A stretch of 64,000 bases of DNA from Gammaproteobacteria bacterium (GCA_026195255.1 JAPHSS010000005.1:32008-96007); one strand, 5' to 3'. Positions 21,453-31,981 are shown, numbered from the stretch's first letter. Translations and numbers: made by a program. The notes: generated by a model from the letters alone, not told the origin.

Positions 21453-22682
21453 TTATTTTTTTCTACGTTTTATTTTAGTTTGTGTGGCTTTATTAACACG
21501 CGCCGGGCGCTTGTTATTTGCTATTTTTTCTAACAATGAGTCACGATTACCTACTTCATAACCAGGCATGGTGACGCGTTTAATTTTATTACCAGTTAAA
21601 CGCTCTATATTATTTAACGAGCGCTCTTCTTCCCTGCTGACAAATGATATTGCCTGACCTTTAGTTCCAGCTCTGCCTGTTCTACCTATACGATGAACAT
21701 AATCTTCCGCTAAATAAGGCAAATTATAATTAATCACATGTTCCAGACCCTGTATATCCAGACCACGAGCGGCAACTTCTGTTGCAATTAAAACCTGTAT
21801 TTTATCTGATTTAAAATCAGCAACCGCCCTTCGTCTTGCGCCCTGACTTTTATCACTGTGACACACAGCTGAGGTTATTTTATTGTGTTTGAGCTCTTTC
21901 TGTAATTCATCAGCCTGTGCTTTTGTGCTCGTAAACACCAACACTTTAAACCAGTTTTCTTGCCATAATAATTCAAGAAACAGATCAGCTTTACGGCGTT
22001 CTTCTACCGCATATACAACATGCTCAACCGTGTCAGCTGTTGCATTCTGTTTAGCAACACTTACCACTTTATGTTTATTAAGAATTTTATGAGCCAGCTC
22101 ATTTACTGCTTTAGACATAGTCGCTGAAAACAGCATAGTTTGATGCCTGGCAGGCGTTTGTTTTAATAAAGTCTGAACATCACTAATAAACCCCATATCC
22201 AGCATACGATCGGCTTCATCTAAAACGACAAACTCAACTTCCGTAAGATGTACATTACATTGAGATAAATGCTCTAGTAAACGCCCCGGTGTGGAAATCA
22301 GAATATCTACTCCGGCCTTTAATTTTTTCTGCTGCCCGGATACCTTAACACCACCGTAAGCCGCCATAACTGAAATAGATGTAAACTGTGCGTAAGCCTT
22401 TATAGTGCTGGCAAGCTGCTCTGCTAGTTCTCTTGTGGGGGTTAAAATGAGCGCACGGGGTCTTTCCGCAATAGTCGGTTTAGAACGATCGAGCAATTTT
22501 TGTAATATAGGTAATGCAAAAGCCGCTGTTTTTCCCGTACCTGTTTGTGCATTGGCTAATATATCCTGCCCCTTACGCGCTAACGGAATGGCATTTTCCT
22601 GTATAGCCGTCATTTGCTTGTAACCACAGGCATCCACAGCTTTCTGAAGCTCTGCAGATAGATTTAAAGAAGAAAAATTCAT
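21453..22682 (-). CDS. DEAD-box RNA helicase (RhlE-like)
   Basis: AQTGTGKT, PTRELA, TPGRL, DEADRMLDMGF, SAT, ARGLD and HRIGRTGRAG. Confidence 0.95.
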   Translation of the reverse strand: MNFSSLNLSAELQKAVDACGYKQMTAIQENAIPLARKGQDILANAQTGTGKTAAFALPILQKLLDRSKPTIAERPRALILTPTRELAEQLASTIKAYAQFTSISVMAAYGGVKVSGQQKKLKAGVDILISTPGRLLEHLSQCNVHLTEVEFVVLDEADRMLDMGFISDVQTLLKQTPARHQTMLFSATMSKAVNELAHKILNKHKVVSVAKQNATADTVEHVVYAVEERRKADLFLELLWQENWFKVLVFTSTKAQADELQKELKHNKITSAVCHSDKSQGARRRAVADFKSDKIQVLIATEVAARGLDIQGLEHVINYNLPYLAEDYVHRIGRTGRAGTKGQAISFVSREEERSLNNIERLTGNKIKRVTMPGYEVGNRDSLLEKIANNKRPARVNKATQTKIKRRKK

Positions 22683-22949
22683 GTTATTTCCTGAAGCAAC
22701 ATATTAAGACCAAAATGGACGCCGATTATAGAGGATTTAGAGCTTTTAAGTATGATTCTTTATAGCTGATTTTAACGACCAATAAACTGATTAGAGTACT
22801 TTTTTGAGGCATTTATTATCTATTACTAAATAACCCTCATGGCGAATCATTGAATAAGTCTTAATCACCCCCACCTGTATAATAACAAATTAATAAATCA
22901 GTGTTTTTTATAATTTTAAAAGACATCAACATTATTCAAAGGAATAGTT

Positions 22950-23384
22950 ATGAGTGATTCTCAGTTAATTGTATGTCCAGCCTGTGCAGCCATAAACCGT
23001 ATACCCGCTACACGATTAACAGAACAACCTAAATGCGGTAAATGCCATAAACCTCTGTTTAGTGCCCGGCCATTAGAATTAAACTCGGCTACATTTCAGA
23101 AACATATTAGTAAAAACGATATACCTGTACTGGTCGACTTTTGGGCTCCATGGTGTGGACCCTGTAAAATGATGGCACCGGCGTTTGAACAGGCATCTAA
23201 GGAGCTGGAACCGTCAGTCCGTCTTGCTAAGCTGAATACTGAAAATGAACAATCTATCGGCGCACAATACAATATACGCAGTATTCCTACTTTAGCCATA
23301 TTCAAAAATGGTAAAGAAATTGCCCGACAACCTGGTGCCATGAGTAAGGATGATATTGTACGCTGGGCAAAGTCACATATTTGA
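22950..23384 (+). CDS. trxC: Thioredoxin 2 (TrxC) with N-terminal Zn finger
   Basis: CPAC...CGKC zinc finger followed by the WCGPC active site. Confidence 0.93.
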   Translation: MSDSQLIVCPACAAINRIPATRLTEQPKCGKCHKPLFSARPLELNSATFQKHISKNDIPVLVDFWAPWCGPCKMMAPAFEQASKELEPSVRLAKLNTENEQSIGAQYNIRSIPTLAIFKNGKEIARQPGAMSKDDIVRWAKSHI

Positions 23385-23448
23385 TAACCTATGTTGTCAA
23401 CTAACATCAGTCTACGCATCTGAAAACATCACACTTTTCAGGTTTATT

Positions 23449-23907
23449 CTATTTACCTGACGATATCAGTAATGCCATAATCTCTCGCCAACCCGCTTCC
23501 GCATGCGGGCCGGCTTGCTTAAACACTTTCTCAAACCGTTTACGCTGCTCTTCAGATAATTCAAATTCCAGCTTTTCACCTTTATTACTCAAGCTAATTC
23601 GCTTTACACGTTTGTCCCTGGTATCCGCTTTTACAACAACATAACCTGCTTCTGTTAACTGTCTTAATGGACGATTTAAATACTGTTTACTGATGCCCAT
23701 TACATCAAGTAACTCATTAACACTGGTTTCAGGGTGCTGGGCAATAAAATACAAAATACGGTGGTGCACACGTGAATATGATATTTCTGCCAGCCGAGCA
23801 TCTGGTTTAGCAATTAACGCTCTGTACCCGAAATGAATTGCCTCAAGTGCATCATTTAACTCTGTATTACGACTCTTTTGAGGATTTTTTTTACTTAAGT
23901 CAATCAT
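23449..23907 (-). CDS. MarR-family transcriptional regulator
   Basis: wHTH region ISKQYLNRPLRQL...DKRVKRISLS.KG. Confidence 0.88.
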   Translation of the reverse strand: MIDLSKKNPQKSRNTELNDALEAIHFGYRALIAKPDARLAEISYSRVHHRILYFIAQHPETSVNELLDVMGISKQYLNRPLRQLTEAGYVVVKADTRDKRVKRISLSNKGEKLEFELSEEQRKRFEKVFKQAGPHAEAGWREIMALLISSGK

Positions 23908-23957
23908 ATTGACATAATAACACAGGCCATGTAAAAATAAAGGTCACCTATATTGAC
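23899..23957. promoter_or_regulatory. Two candidate MarR operator sites (GTCAA-N5-TTGAC)
   Basis: GTCAAtcataTTGAC at 23899-23913 covers the marR ATG. GTCAcctataTTGAC lies at 23943-23957, in the divergent spacer. Confidence 0.6.
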
Positions 23958-23974
23958 AAATAAATGGAACAAAC

Positions 23975-24835
23975 ATGTCTACCGAAGCTATTTGCTGGAT
24001 TAACAACAAAATAATTCCGCTTAAGGATGCAACGATTTCAGTTATGGATCACGGGCTATTATATGGTGATGGTGTTTTTGAAGGTATTCGTTTTTATAAT
24101 AACAAAGCTTTCTTATTAGAAGCACATATTAAACGTCTCAACGCTTCAGCAAAAGCATTAGCCCTTAAGTTACCAAAAAGCATTAATGAATTAACTGCGT
24201 TGGTAACAGCACTGGTAAATGCTTACCAGAATGAGTCAGGTTACATTCGTTTAATAGTGACACGAGGTAAAGGCCCGTTAGGTATTAACCCTGCCCTATG
24301 TCAGGAACCAGAATTAATCATAATCGCCAGCCCTTTAAGCATGTCAGATGAACAGGCACAAACTGAGGGCATACGAACAATTACAGCTTCTACACGGCGC
24401 ATCCCTGCAGACTGTTTAGACCCGCGTATTAAAAGCCTTAATTACCTTAATGCAATTCTTGCAAAAATAGAAGCTAACAATGCCGGAGTACAGGAAGCAA
24501 TCATGCTTAATCAACAAGGTTATGTGACAGAAGGCAGTGTTGATAATATATTTATTGTGTCTGATGGCGAGTTATATACCACACCTTCTATAGACGGTTC
24601 ACTAGCGGGTATTACACGTCAGCAGATATTAAAACTGGCAAATGAGTCAGGTATAAAAACACATATAGAAACATTGGCTGTTTATGATATTTACGCAGCT
24701 GATGAATGTTTTTTAACGGGCACAGGTGCCGAGCTAATTCCTGTTAATGAAGTTGATGGTCGGAAGTATGCGAACTGTCCAGGTGATATTTTTAAACAAC
24801 TTAAAGCACTATATAAGGAAAGTTGTTATAACTAA
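23975..24835 (+). CDS. ilvE: Branched-chain amino acid aminotransferase (PLP class IV)
   Basis: DHGLLYGDGVFEGIRFY, IKSLNY (PLP Lys), EGSVDNIF, LAGITR and DECFLTGTGAE. Confidence 0.85.
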   Translation: MSTEAICWINNKIIPLKDATISVMDHGLLYGDGVFEGIRFYNNKAFLLEAHIKRLNASAKALALKLPKSINELTALVTALVNAYQNESGYIRLIVTRGKGPLGINPALCQEPELIIIASPLSMSDEQAQTEGIRTITASTRRIPADCLDPRIKSLNYLNAILAKIEANNAGVQEAIMLNQQGYVTEGSVDNIFIVSDGELYTTPSIDGSLAGITRQQILKLANESGIKTHIETLAVYDIYAADECFLTGTGAELIPVNEVDGRKYANCPGDIFKQLKALYKESCYN

Positions 24836-25798
24836 TCAGGTTTTATTCTTAATCAATTTATCTAACTTTTCATCAGCGGTATCAATATTCAACTGTATCC
24901 ACAAGGGTAAATGATCTGAAAGCTCATAGGTGAATTTTGATTTAGTCATATTTTTGTAGGGTGTTAGTGATTTATAATTATTTTTATAAAAATCCAGCAC
25001 CCCACCTTTATCTGTAAACACCGAACCAGTTTGTTGAGGGTGATGTAAAATTTGATCATATCTTTTATTGGTAGCTAAATTGCTACCAAATTTTGACTTA
25101 ATAATGGCATCGGGTGCTTTTAAGCCATATTGGGAAACCGCTTCATACAGTTCTGACTCATAACTATCAATATTAAAATCCCCCATAAGAATAATATCTC
25201 GATCTACTCTGTACTCATCTTTTAAATATTCTTTTACCCATTTTGCGAGTGCTTCCAGTTCATTTTTTCTACCGCCTCTTGTACCCCACTGTAAATGAAC
25301 CGAGAGCACAACGAAATCAAACGAACCCGCCTTAAACGAACCCATATAAGGTTTTCTCCACCAGGAAAAAGTCGGCTCGTATACTCCGCTTATTTTGTTC
25401 TTCTTTCTAGGTCCGTCTGTTTCTGCAGACATTCCGGTAAACTGAATTGAGCGGGTATCATATATATAAGCAATGCGCTCCTTATTACCACCAGCATCTG
25501 CAATATAATCTGAATAAATAGCACACCAGTACTCACCGAGTAAATTTAAAACATATTTTAATTCAGATACATTACGGCGTAACTCAACAACTGATATTAA
25601 ATCAAATTGCTGCAAGATCTCCGCAATATAATGCAATGAACATTTTTTACGTTTCTTTTGCCCCCAATGTCGAATATTCCAGGTGGCAATATTTACGGTT
25701 TTATCGAGTTTTGATGTAGGAATTTCAGCCAGTTTTATACGCTTACGAATAAGTTTAAGGGCTTTTAATTCATCTAGTTTTAATGGGGAGTGATCCAT
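24836..25798 (-). CDS. Endonuclease/exonuclease/phosphatase (DNase I-like) family protein
   Basis: ATWNI, VE, MGDFNI, YDQI and LSDHLP motifs. Start taken at MDHSPL (25798). Confidence 0.88.
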   Translation of the reverse strand: MDHSPLKLDELKALKLIRKRIKLAEIPTSKLDKTVNIATWNIRHWGQKKRKKCSLHYIAEILQQFDLISVVELRRNVSELKYVLNLLGEYWCAIYSDYIADAGGNKERIAYIYDTRSIQFTGMSAETDGPRKKNKISGVYEPTFSWWRKPYMGSFKAGSFDFVVLSVHLQWGTRGGRKNELEALAKWVKEYLKDEYRVDRDIILMGDFNIDSYESELYEAVSQYGLKAPDAIIKSKFGSNLATNKRYDQILHHPQQTGSVFTDKGGVLDFYKNNYKSLTPYKNMTKSKFTYELSDHLPLWIQLNIDTADEKLDKLIKNKT

Positions 25799-25935
25799 GC
25801 ACACATCCTTATAGCGTGATAATGACAGTATCAATAGACTAACAGGATGCAACCGATATTTGCAATTAACAATTAATAACAAATTTGCTTATTAATGATA
25901 CGCGCATCATCAGGTATCAGTTTAATTAATGAGCT

Positions 25936-26640
25936 TTAAAACTGCATTAAACCAGCAAGCAAGCCTATTAATCCACCAAACACACCACCCCACACAACTA
26001 ACCATCCCAGGTGCTTTTTAATCATCTGCTGAATAATTTCTTTAACCAGTTGTGGTGTTAGTTCGTTTAACCTTTTCTCAACGATATCTTCAATTTGTTG
26101 GCGTATTTCAGACATCACATCTGGTTGCTCAATCTCATCACGAAGCAGTTGTTGAAAAGTTTCTTCTTTCGTCATCTTAATCAATGACATTTTCATATTT
26201 ACAATAAAAGGTTCTTTTAATGGCGTAAGCGCATCCTGACCACCAAACATACCTAACATACTTCCGAACGAAGACTCCATTATCACTTTAACAAGAGTAT
26301 CAAACGAAGGTGATAAATCTACTTTTTCTATTACTGGAGCCAGGTGAAAATCACTTTCTTTACCTGGACTTTGTAAAAAACGGTCAATATTCTCACTCGT
26401 GAAAAACTGACTCATCATTAAATCTTTAATCGCCAGTTTAAAATCCTCAAAACGTGCTGGTATTACACCTGAGCCATACAAGCCAGGCACCTTTTCAAAT
26501 AACATATGAATGGCCAACCAGTTAGTAAGCGCACCCGACAGAGCAAACAACCCTATACTTAAAACAAGCTGATGTCCGAAGATATAAGCTAAAACAACAA
26601 TAATAATGGCTAGGCCATTAGTAATAACACTTTTATTCAT
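25936..26640 (-). CDS. DUF445 family membrane protein
   Basis: GALTNWLAIHMLFEKVP..YGSGVIP and HLGWLVVWGGVFGGLIG. Confidence 0.85.
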   Translation of the reverse strand: MNKSVITNGLAIIIVVLAYIFGHQLVLSIGLFALSGALTNWLAIHMLFEKVPGLYGSGVIPARFEDFKLAIKDLMMSQFFTSENIDRFLQSPGKESDFHLAPVIEKVDLSPSFDTLVKVIMESSFGSMLGMFGGQDALTPLKEPFIVNMKMSLIKMTKEETFQQLLRDEIEQPDVMSEIRQQIEDIVEKRLNELTPQLVKEIIQQMIKKHLGWLVVWGGVFGGLIGLLAGLMQF

Positions 26641-27223
26641 AAATTAACCTGCTTAAAAAAAGGGGGGAGAAACTAAATCTGAGTATATTTTACAGAATGT
26701 TGTTAAATTCTCCATACTCATAGTTTGGTATATGTTCAAGATTATGGGTTCAATTAACTGATAAACGTTTTATCATAAATTAAATAAATAACGAATACTG
26801 AGTGACTTACAACGTATCAAGCTGATGAAATAGACCTTAATCTGTAAACACAAAGTCGTGACGACTGCACAATACTATTTAGCATAAAGGACATGTGTTT
26901 TATATCGAATTCACCAGGTTTATTTAGACTGTGGCATAGTATTTTTGATGTTATACCGTAAATAGCGTACCTGATGCATATTTAGAAAAAGCTGAAACAA
27001 AACTTCTGAGACAACAAGTTGTTCTTGAAGAAGGTTTTCAAACTACTATTGATAGTGTAAATTTGGCAGAAGCCACAAATGTTGACCGCATATTAATTAA
27101 AGATAATAAACTAACTATTATCTACTTTGCTTCAGCTTCAAAGGTAAGTAGATTTGGCGTTTCAAAGAAAGTTAAACTTATCACCGCAGGTGATTACCAA
27201 CAAGCTATTAAAAGGTGAGATAT

Positions 27224-27577
27224 CTAGTTTTTAACCGAGTAATTATTCATTATATATAGAGTCTGATCCTTAATAATACTAAGGGGTAATGGGGTATCTA
27301 ACTCTAATCCAGCGAATTCGTGATCAATACGTACAACCTGCCCACTAAGATCGAACTCCCTGCCATCTGGAAAAGCGATAATAGCGGTTAATTTATCATC
27401 CACCATAAAAGCCGGATCGTCATCAATCCTGAACTTCATACCGTGCTCAGAAACATCCTCGATCTCATAGTTGTCAATATCAATCATTAGAGAAGGACGA
27501 TGAGAGCGAGGGTAAGACAGACGAAAATATTCTCGTTGGTTATATTCTTTCATTTTGACCCTCAACGTATTTTTCAT
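27224..27577 (-). CDS. Single-domain PilZ protein
   Basis: QREYFR (RxxxR) and DVSEHG (DxSxxG). The true start may be 27553. Confidence 0.88.
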   Translation of the reverse strand: MKNTLRVKMKEYNQREYFRLSYPRSHRPSLMIDIDNYEIEDVSEHGMKFRIDDDPAFMVDDKLTAIIAFPDGREFDLSGQVVRIDHEFAGLELDTPLPLSIIKDQTLYIMNNYSVKN

Positions 27578-27736
27578 TTATGATTATAATACTAGTAGAT
27601 ACACACTATTTAAGCAAAACAAATATAATTAAGATTTATCATTAATTATCAATATATTAAGGCTATTTACTATCACCCAAACGAATGCTTTTGGGTTTAT
27701 TTTTGATGATTACTCTTAGTACTCTAAGTAATAATA

Positions 27737-27762
27737 TTATCGGAGAATTATGCTTAACTTTA
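27737..27762 (-). promoter_or_regulatory. Possible sigma-28 (FliA) promoter
   Basis: Minus strand TAAAG-N13-TCCGATAA, about 160 nt upstream of the PilZ gene. Confidence 0.45.
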
Positions 27763-28030
27763 AACGATAAATAATTTTAACGGCATATTTACAGCAAATT
27801 TAGCCAATTAACTTAATTATGTGACATATTGTACCTGAAATGGACATCATATGTCCCCAGAAAATACTCTAGACCAGGCACTATAAATTCAGACAAAAAT
27901 TGCTATAATTATTTCAGCAAGTTCTACCCGAACAAGTGATTACAAATAAGTAATATATGGTTATATTGACTAAAGATAAATGACGTACGGGAAAGTGTAA
28001 TTATTACACCGGGCCCAAGGAGAAGTATTT

Positions 28031-28345
28031 ATGTCTAAATTATCAGATAACATTATAGAAAAACGATTCAGCCCAAGGGCTGCAATTAATGGTCAAATTA
28101 AATATCGCTTAGCTGATGAGAGTAATTTAAGCTCTGGAATTTTGCTTAATGTAAGCCAGACCGGTGCATTAATTGGATTAAAACACAAAGTACCTGAAAA
28201 TACTGTTTTAACAATATTAATGGAATCTCATCTAGACGATGAACCTCCCGTAGAAATATCAACGAAAATTATTCGCACAGAAAATGACTGCGAAGATCAT
28301 GCTTATTGTTATGGCTGTAAAATAATTGATGTAAAAGATTTTTAA
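28031..28345 (+). CDS. Single-domain PilZ protein
   Basis: KRFSPR (RxxxR) and NVSQTG; RBS AAGGAG. Confidence 0.85.
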   Translation: MSKLSDNIIEKRFSPRAAINGQIKYRLADESNLSSGILLNVSQTGALIGLKHKVPENTVLTILMESHLDDEPPVEISTKIIRTENDCEDHAYCYGCKIIDVKDF

Positions 28346-28429
28346 ATTTAAAGACTTAACAACAACACTGTTTGAGTATTATAAAATTTAATAATTAATT
28401 ACTGATAGTTGGTAACACATCAAATAATT

Positions 28430-28795
28430 TTATTGTTTATCAAGATACTCTGCTTCATGAAGTTTTTCCTGAGATACAACTTCACCGCTACAGACTTTTA
28501 GCATAAGTGCAGATTGATTTTTAGTTTCATAGTTTTCAAGCTCAGATATTATATTGTAATGTGCTTCTATTGCTGTTTTCAACATCATACGTAAACGTCT
28601 GTTAATTAAACCGACACCTTTTTCTGAGAAGTTTTTTTCAAAAACATCAGCTGCATTCAATAACGCATCACAGGCTACAAGATTGCACTCAGAATTAGGT
28701 GTCTTTGGATAAGCAATAGCAGCAAAATTACGTAAAGCTGTACAAATAATAACACTCATTTCTTCACTGCATTTTATTTCAATATACCGAGGCAT
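28430..28795 (-). CDS. Hypothetical protein
   Basis: 121-aa ORF directly downstream of serB, with 5 Cys. Confidence 0.65.
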   Translation of the reverse strand: MPRYIEIKCSEEMSVIICTALRNFAAIAYPKTPNSECNLVACDALLNAADVFEKNFSEKGVGLINRRLRMMLKTAIEAHYNIISELENYETKNQSALMLKVCSGEVVSQEKLHEAEYLDKQ

Positions 28796-28831
28796 AAAAT
28801 ATTTCCATTAAGCATTTAAACTAAACAAACC

Positions 28832-30073
28832 TTACTTTTGACTAGTCTCCAGCTCAGCTAATTCTCGATCACGTATACCCAGCAAATATAAAATCGCATC
28901 CAGACCTAGATTTGCAATAGAATGTTTAGCCTGTTCTTTTACGAGAGGTTTAGCATGAAAAGCTATACCTAATCCCGCAATGGCCAACATGGGTAAATCA
29001 TTTGCACCATCACCAACGGCTATAACCTGCTCAGTACTAATTCCTTCTTGCTGTGCAATTTGCTGTAATAGTTTCGCTTTCATCTGGCCATCAACAATAT
29101 CACCTTTCACCTTGCCGGTTAATTTACCGTTTTCGAAATCAAGTTGATTAGCATAAACATAATCAACACCCAGTTTTTCTTTAAGAAAATCAGCAAAATA
29201 AGTGAAGCCACCAGAAAGAATAGCGACCTTATAACCAAAGTGACGCAAATGGCTTATCAATCTAGCTGCGCCTTCAGTAACAGGCAGTTTTTCAGCAATG
29301 CCCTGTAAAACTGATTCATCCAGGCCTTTTAATAAAGCCATTCGTTGTCGAAAGCTTTCTGAAAAGTCTATTTCACCACGCATCGCAGACTCAGTAATCG
29401 CCGCAACCTGTTCACCTACTCCGGCAGCCTTAGCCAGCTCATCTATCACTTCAACCTGTATCAAAGTAGAGTCCATATCAAAACACACCAGTCGCCTGCT
29501 TCGCCGATAAAGATTATCTTCCTGCACCGCTACGTCAAGATCCAGCTGCTGAGTAATCTGCAAAAACCTGGCATGCATAGACGGCACATCCTGAACATCT
29601 CCGCTCAAAGTTAATTGTACTGATGCGCCACGTGGTAACGATGACTGATCATCCTCCGACAAAGACAAACGGCCAGATAGACGAGTAATCTGTTCAATAT
29701 TAAAACCATGTTCACCTACTACCTCAGTCACCTTACTCAAATGTTTTGCGGTGATCTGCCTTCCCAACAGGGTGACAATGTGTTTCGCCTGACCCTGAGC
29801 ATTAACCCAGTGCTGATATTCATCTTTTGTAATTGGCGTGAAACGCGCGTTAAGATTTAACTCATGAGCCTTAAACAGGATATCTTTAAATACTGAACAG
29901 TTTTTATCATCATCAGGTGACTCAATTAAAAAGCCTAACGTCAAACTTTCATGAATAACCGATTGCCCTATATCAAGCACATTTATATCGTAATTAGCCA
30001 AAATACCAGTTAGAGCCGAAGTTAAACCCCTTCGATCCTGGCCCGAGATAGTAATTAAAACAACCTCTGACAT
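28832..30073 (-). CDS. serB: Phosphoserine phosphatase SerB with N-terminal ACT domains
   Basis: ACT SGQDRRG, HAD motif FDMDSTLI, SGGF and GDGANDLPM. Confidence 0.96.
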   Translation of the reverse strand: MSEVVLITISGQDRRGLTSALTGILANYDINVLDIGQSVIHESLTLGFLIESPDDDKNCSVFKDILFKAHELNLNARFTPITKDEYQHWVNAQGQAKHIVTLLGRQITAKHLSKVTEVVGEHGFNIEQITRLSGRLSLSEDDQSSLPRGASVQLTLSGDVQDVPSMHARFLQITQQLDLDVAVQEDNLYRRSRRLVCFDMDSTLIQVEVIDELAKAAGVGEQVAAITESAMRGEIDFSESFRQRMALLKGLDESVLQGIAEKLPVTEGAARLISHLRHFGYKVAILSGGFTYFADFLKEKLGVDYVYANQLDFENGKLTGKVKGDIVDGQMKAKLLQQIAQQEGISTEQVIAVGDGANDLPMLAIAGLGIAFHAKPLVKEQAKHSIANLGLDAILYLLGIRDRELAELETSQK

Positions 30074-30104
30074 TTACCACCCCTTAATATGAATTAGTTT
30101 AATC

Positions 30105-30136
30105 TTCTGTATAGATACTTAAGTATCTATACAGAA
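30105..30136. repeat. 32-bp perfect palindrome with no loop
   Basis: TTCTGTATAGATACTT|AAGTATCTATACAGAA, about 30 nt upstream of the serB start. Confidence 0.95.
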
Positions 30137-30230
30137 TGCACGATTTTATCAGATTAAGGGCAAGAATTAAAAAAAATGGACAGAGGGGGTTAATTAATAA
30201 TTTGTTTATTACACATATGCAATATTCAAG

Positions 30231-30653
30231 CTAAACAGACTTCTTTCGATGTGAAAATTCTTTGATATCCCTGACAACTTCATTGAAGGGAAAATCCAGC
30301 ACATTCCCATACATGATCTCAGCCTGCTGCATTACATTTAAGACATCTGGTATAGTATCAGGCTGAGCGGATATAACTCGCTGCATACCAATCAAACCTC
30401 CACATCGAATTTTCATTAACTGCATATGAGTTAATTCCTGATCTGGCTTACTAATACCCAGAATAAAGCAGGATTGCTTCTTTAACACATCCACCAGCTC
30501 ATAACAGCCAGCCAGATACTGATCAGATTTCAAACAGGTCATTTTACCAGCACAGCGCTCATCTAGATTGGCGTACTGGCATTTGCACCAGCTTCCGATT
30601 ATGGGTTTTGAAAATGGGCAAAGCGTTTTTTTCATAAATCTATAGCTAAACAT
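30231..30653 (-). CDS. Cys-rich hypothetical protein
   Basis: CPF...CKC...C...C...C...C and KIRCGGL. The start may be 30635. Confidence 0.65.
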   Translation of the reverse strand: MFSYRFMKKTLCPFSKPIIGSWCKCQYANLDERCAGKMTCLKSDQYLAGCYELVDVLKKQSCFILGISKPDQELTHMQLMKIRCGGLIGMQRVISAQPDTIPDVLNVMQQAEIMYGNVLDFPFNEVVRDIKEFSHRKKSV

Positions 30654-30801
30654 TATATAGGAAGATAAAACCTAACACAGACATGAAGTCTAAAACAGAG
30701 ATTTAATACACCAACTTGTCCGCTTGTGTTTGATAAAAGTATTTAAGAACTATTCAATATTAATCGAGCATCAACTGGCCCAACAGTTTAAACTACGCAA
30801 C

Positions 30802-31932
30802 ATGAATATATTTGAAATACCTCAGGGCCAGTTTACCCTAAATCGCTATCCTGTCCGTAAGGATGAACAGTTACAGGCCTGGGATGCTGCGGATGAATAC
30901 TTACTTTTACACTTACATGAACAGTCTCTGCTTACTGACTCATCTAAAATTCTTATATTGAATGATGCATTTGGTGCATTAAGTATAAGCCTGGCAGAAT
31001 ACGCACCCTGCTCTGTTTCAGACTCGTATGTGTCTCATCAGGCCATTATTGAGAATGCCAGGGTTAATTCAATAAGCCCGAAACAGATAAGTATTCAGAA
31101 TAATTTTCAATCAGTCAGCGGCATTGTCGATCTGCTCATTATAAAAATACCTAAAAACCTGGCAATGCTTGAGGATGAGTTATTCCGCATTCGTGATAAC
31201 TGCGATGAGAACACGGTCATTCTAGCCAGTGCAATGAGCAAACACATTCACTCATCTACACTTAAATTATTTGAACGCATCCTCGGCACAACCACAACCT
31301 CTCTGGCACGTAAAAAAGCTCGACTGGTTATGTGCAAACTTAATAAAGAACTCAAACCGGGTAAATCGCCCTACCCAGGCCAGTATAAAAATGATGTAAC
31401 TGATGAAGTTTACCTAAATCACGCCAATGTATTTTCTCGTGAAAAATTAGATCTTGGCAGCCGTTTCATGCTTGAGCACATACCACAATCAAATCACTAT
31501 ACAAACATACTCGATCTTGCCTGTGGCAATGGAGTATTAGGTATAACAGCTGCTCACCTTAATCCGATGGCAAAAGTACTTTTTGTTGACGAGTCCTTTA
31601 TGGCGGTTGAATCCGCCAGGTTAAATGCGAAAAATTTACTAGAAGATGATTCACATTGTGACTTTAAGGTAACTGATTGTTTACAGGGTATAGAGGATGC
31701 TTCCCTCGATTTAATTTTAAATAACCCGCCTTTTCATCAGAATCATGTTGTGGGTGATTTTATTGCCTGGCAGATGTTTAATGAAGCAAAAGAAAAATTA
31801 AAAGTCGGTGGCGAAATAATGATAGTGGGCAATCGACACCTCGGTTACCACATAAAACTGAAAAAACTATTCGGTCGTTGCGAAATGATTGCTAGCAATA
31901 AGAAGTTTGTTATTTTAAAAGCCGTTAAATAA
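30802..31932 (+). CDS. rlmG: 23S rRNA m2G1835 methyltransferase RlmG
   Basis: LQAWDAADEYLL, LNDAFGAL, VFSREKLDLG, DLACGNG, NPPFHQ and GNRHLGYH. Start at ATG 30802. Confidence 0.92.
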   Translation: MNIFEIPQGQFTLNRYPVRKDEQLQAWDAADEYLLLHLHEQSLLTDSSKILILNDAFGALSISLAEYAPCSVSDSYVSHQAIIENARVNSISPKQISIQNNFQSVSGIVDLLIIKIPKNLAMLEDELFRIRDNCDENTVILASAMSKHIHSSTLKLFERILGTTTTSLARKKARLVMCKLNKELKPGKSPYPGQYKNDVTDEVYLNHANVFSREKLDLGSRFMLEHIPQSNHYTNILDLACGNGVLGITAAHLNPMAKVLFVDESFMAVESARLNAKNLLEDDSHCDFKVTDCLQGIEDASLDLILNNPPFHQNHVVGDFIAWQMFNEAKEKLKVGGEIMIVGNRHLGYHIKLKKLFGRCEMIASNKKFVILKAVK

Positions 31933-31981
31933 TGTAAAAACACGCAAAGTAAACAATCATTCTCTGCGTGCTTTTTATATA

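Noticed and set aside
23034..23048. CGKCH in TrxC looks like a heme-binding motif
   Set aside because: It is the second half of the TrxC zinc finger in a cytoplasmic protein with no signal peptide.
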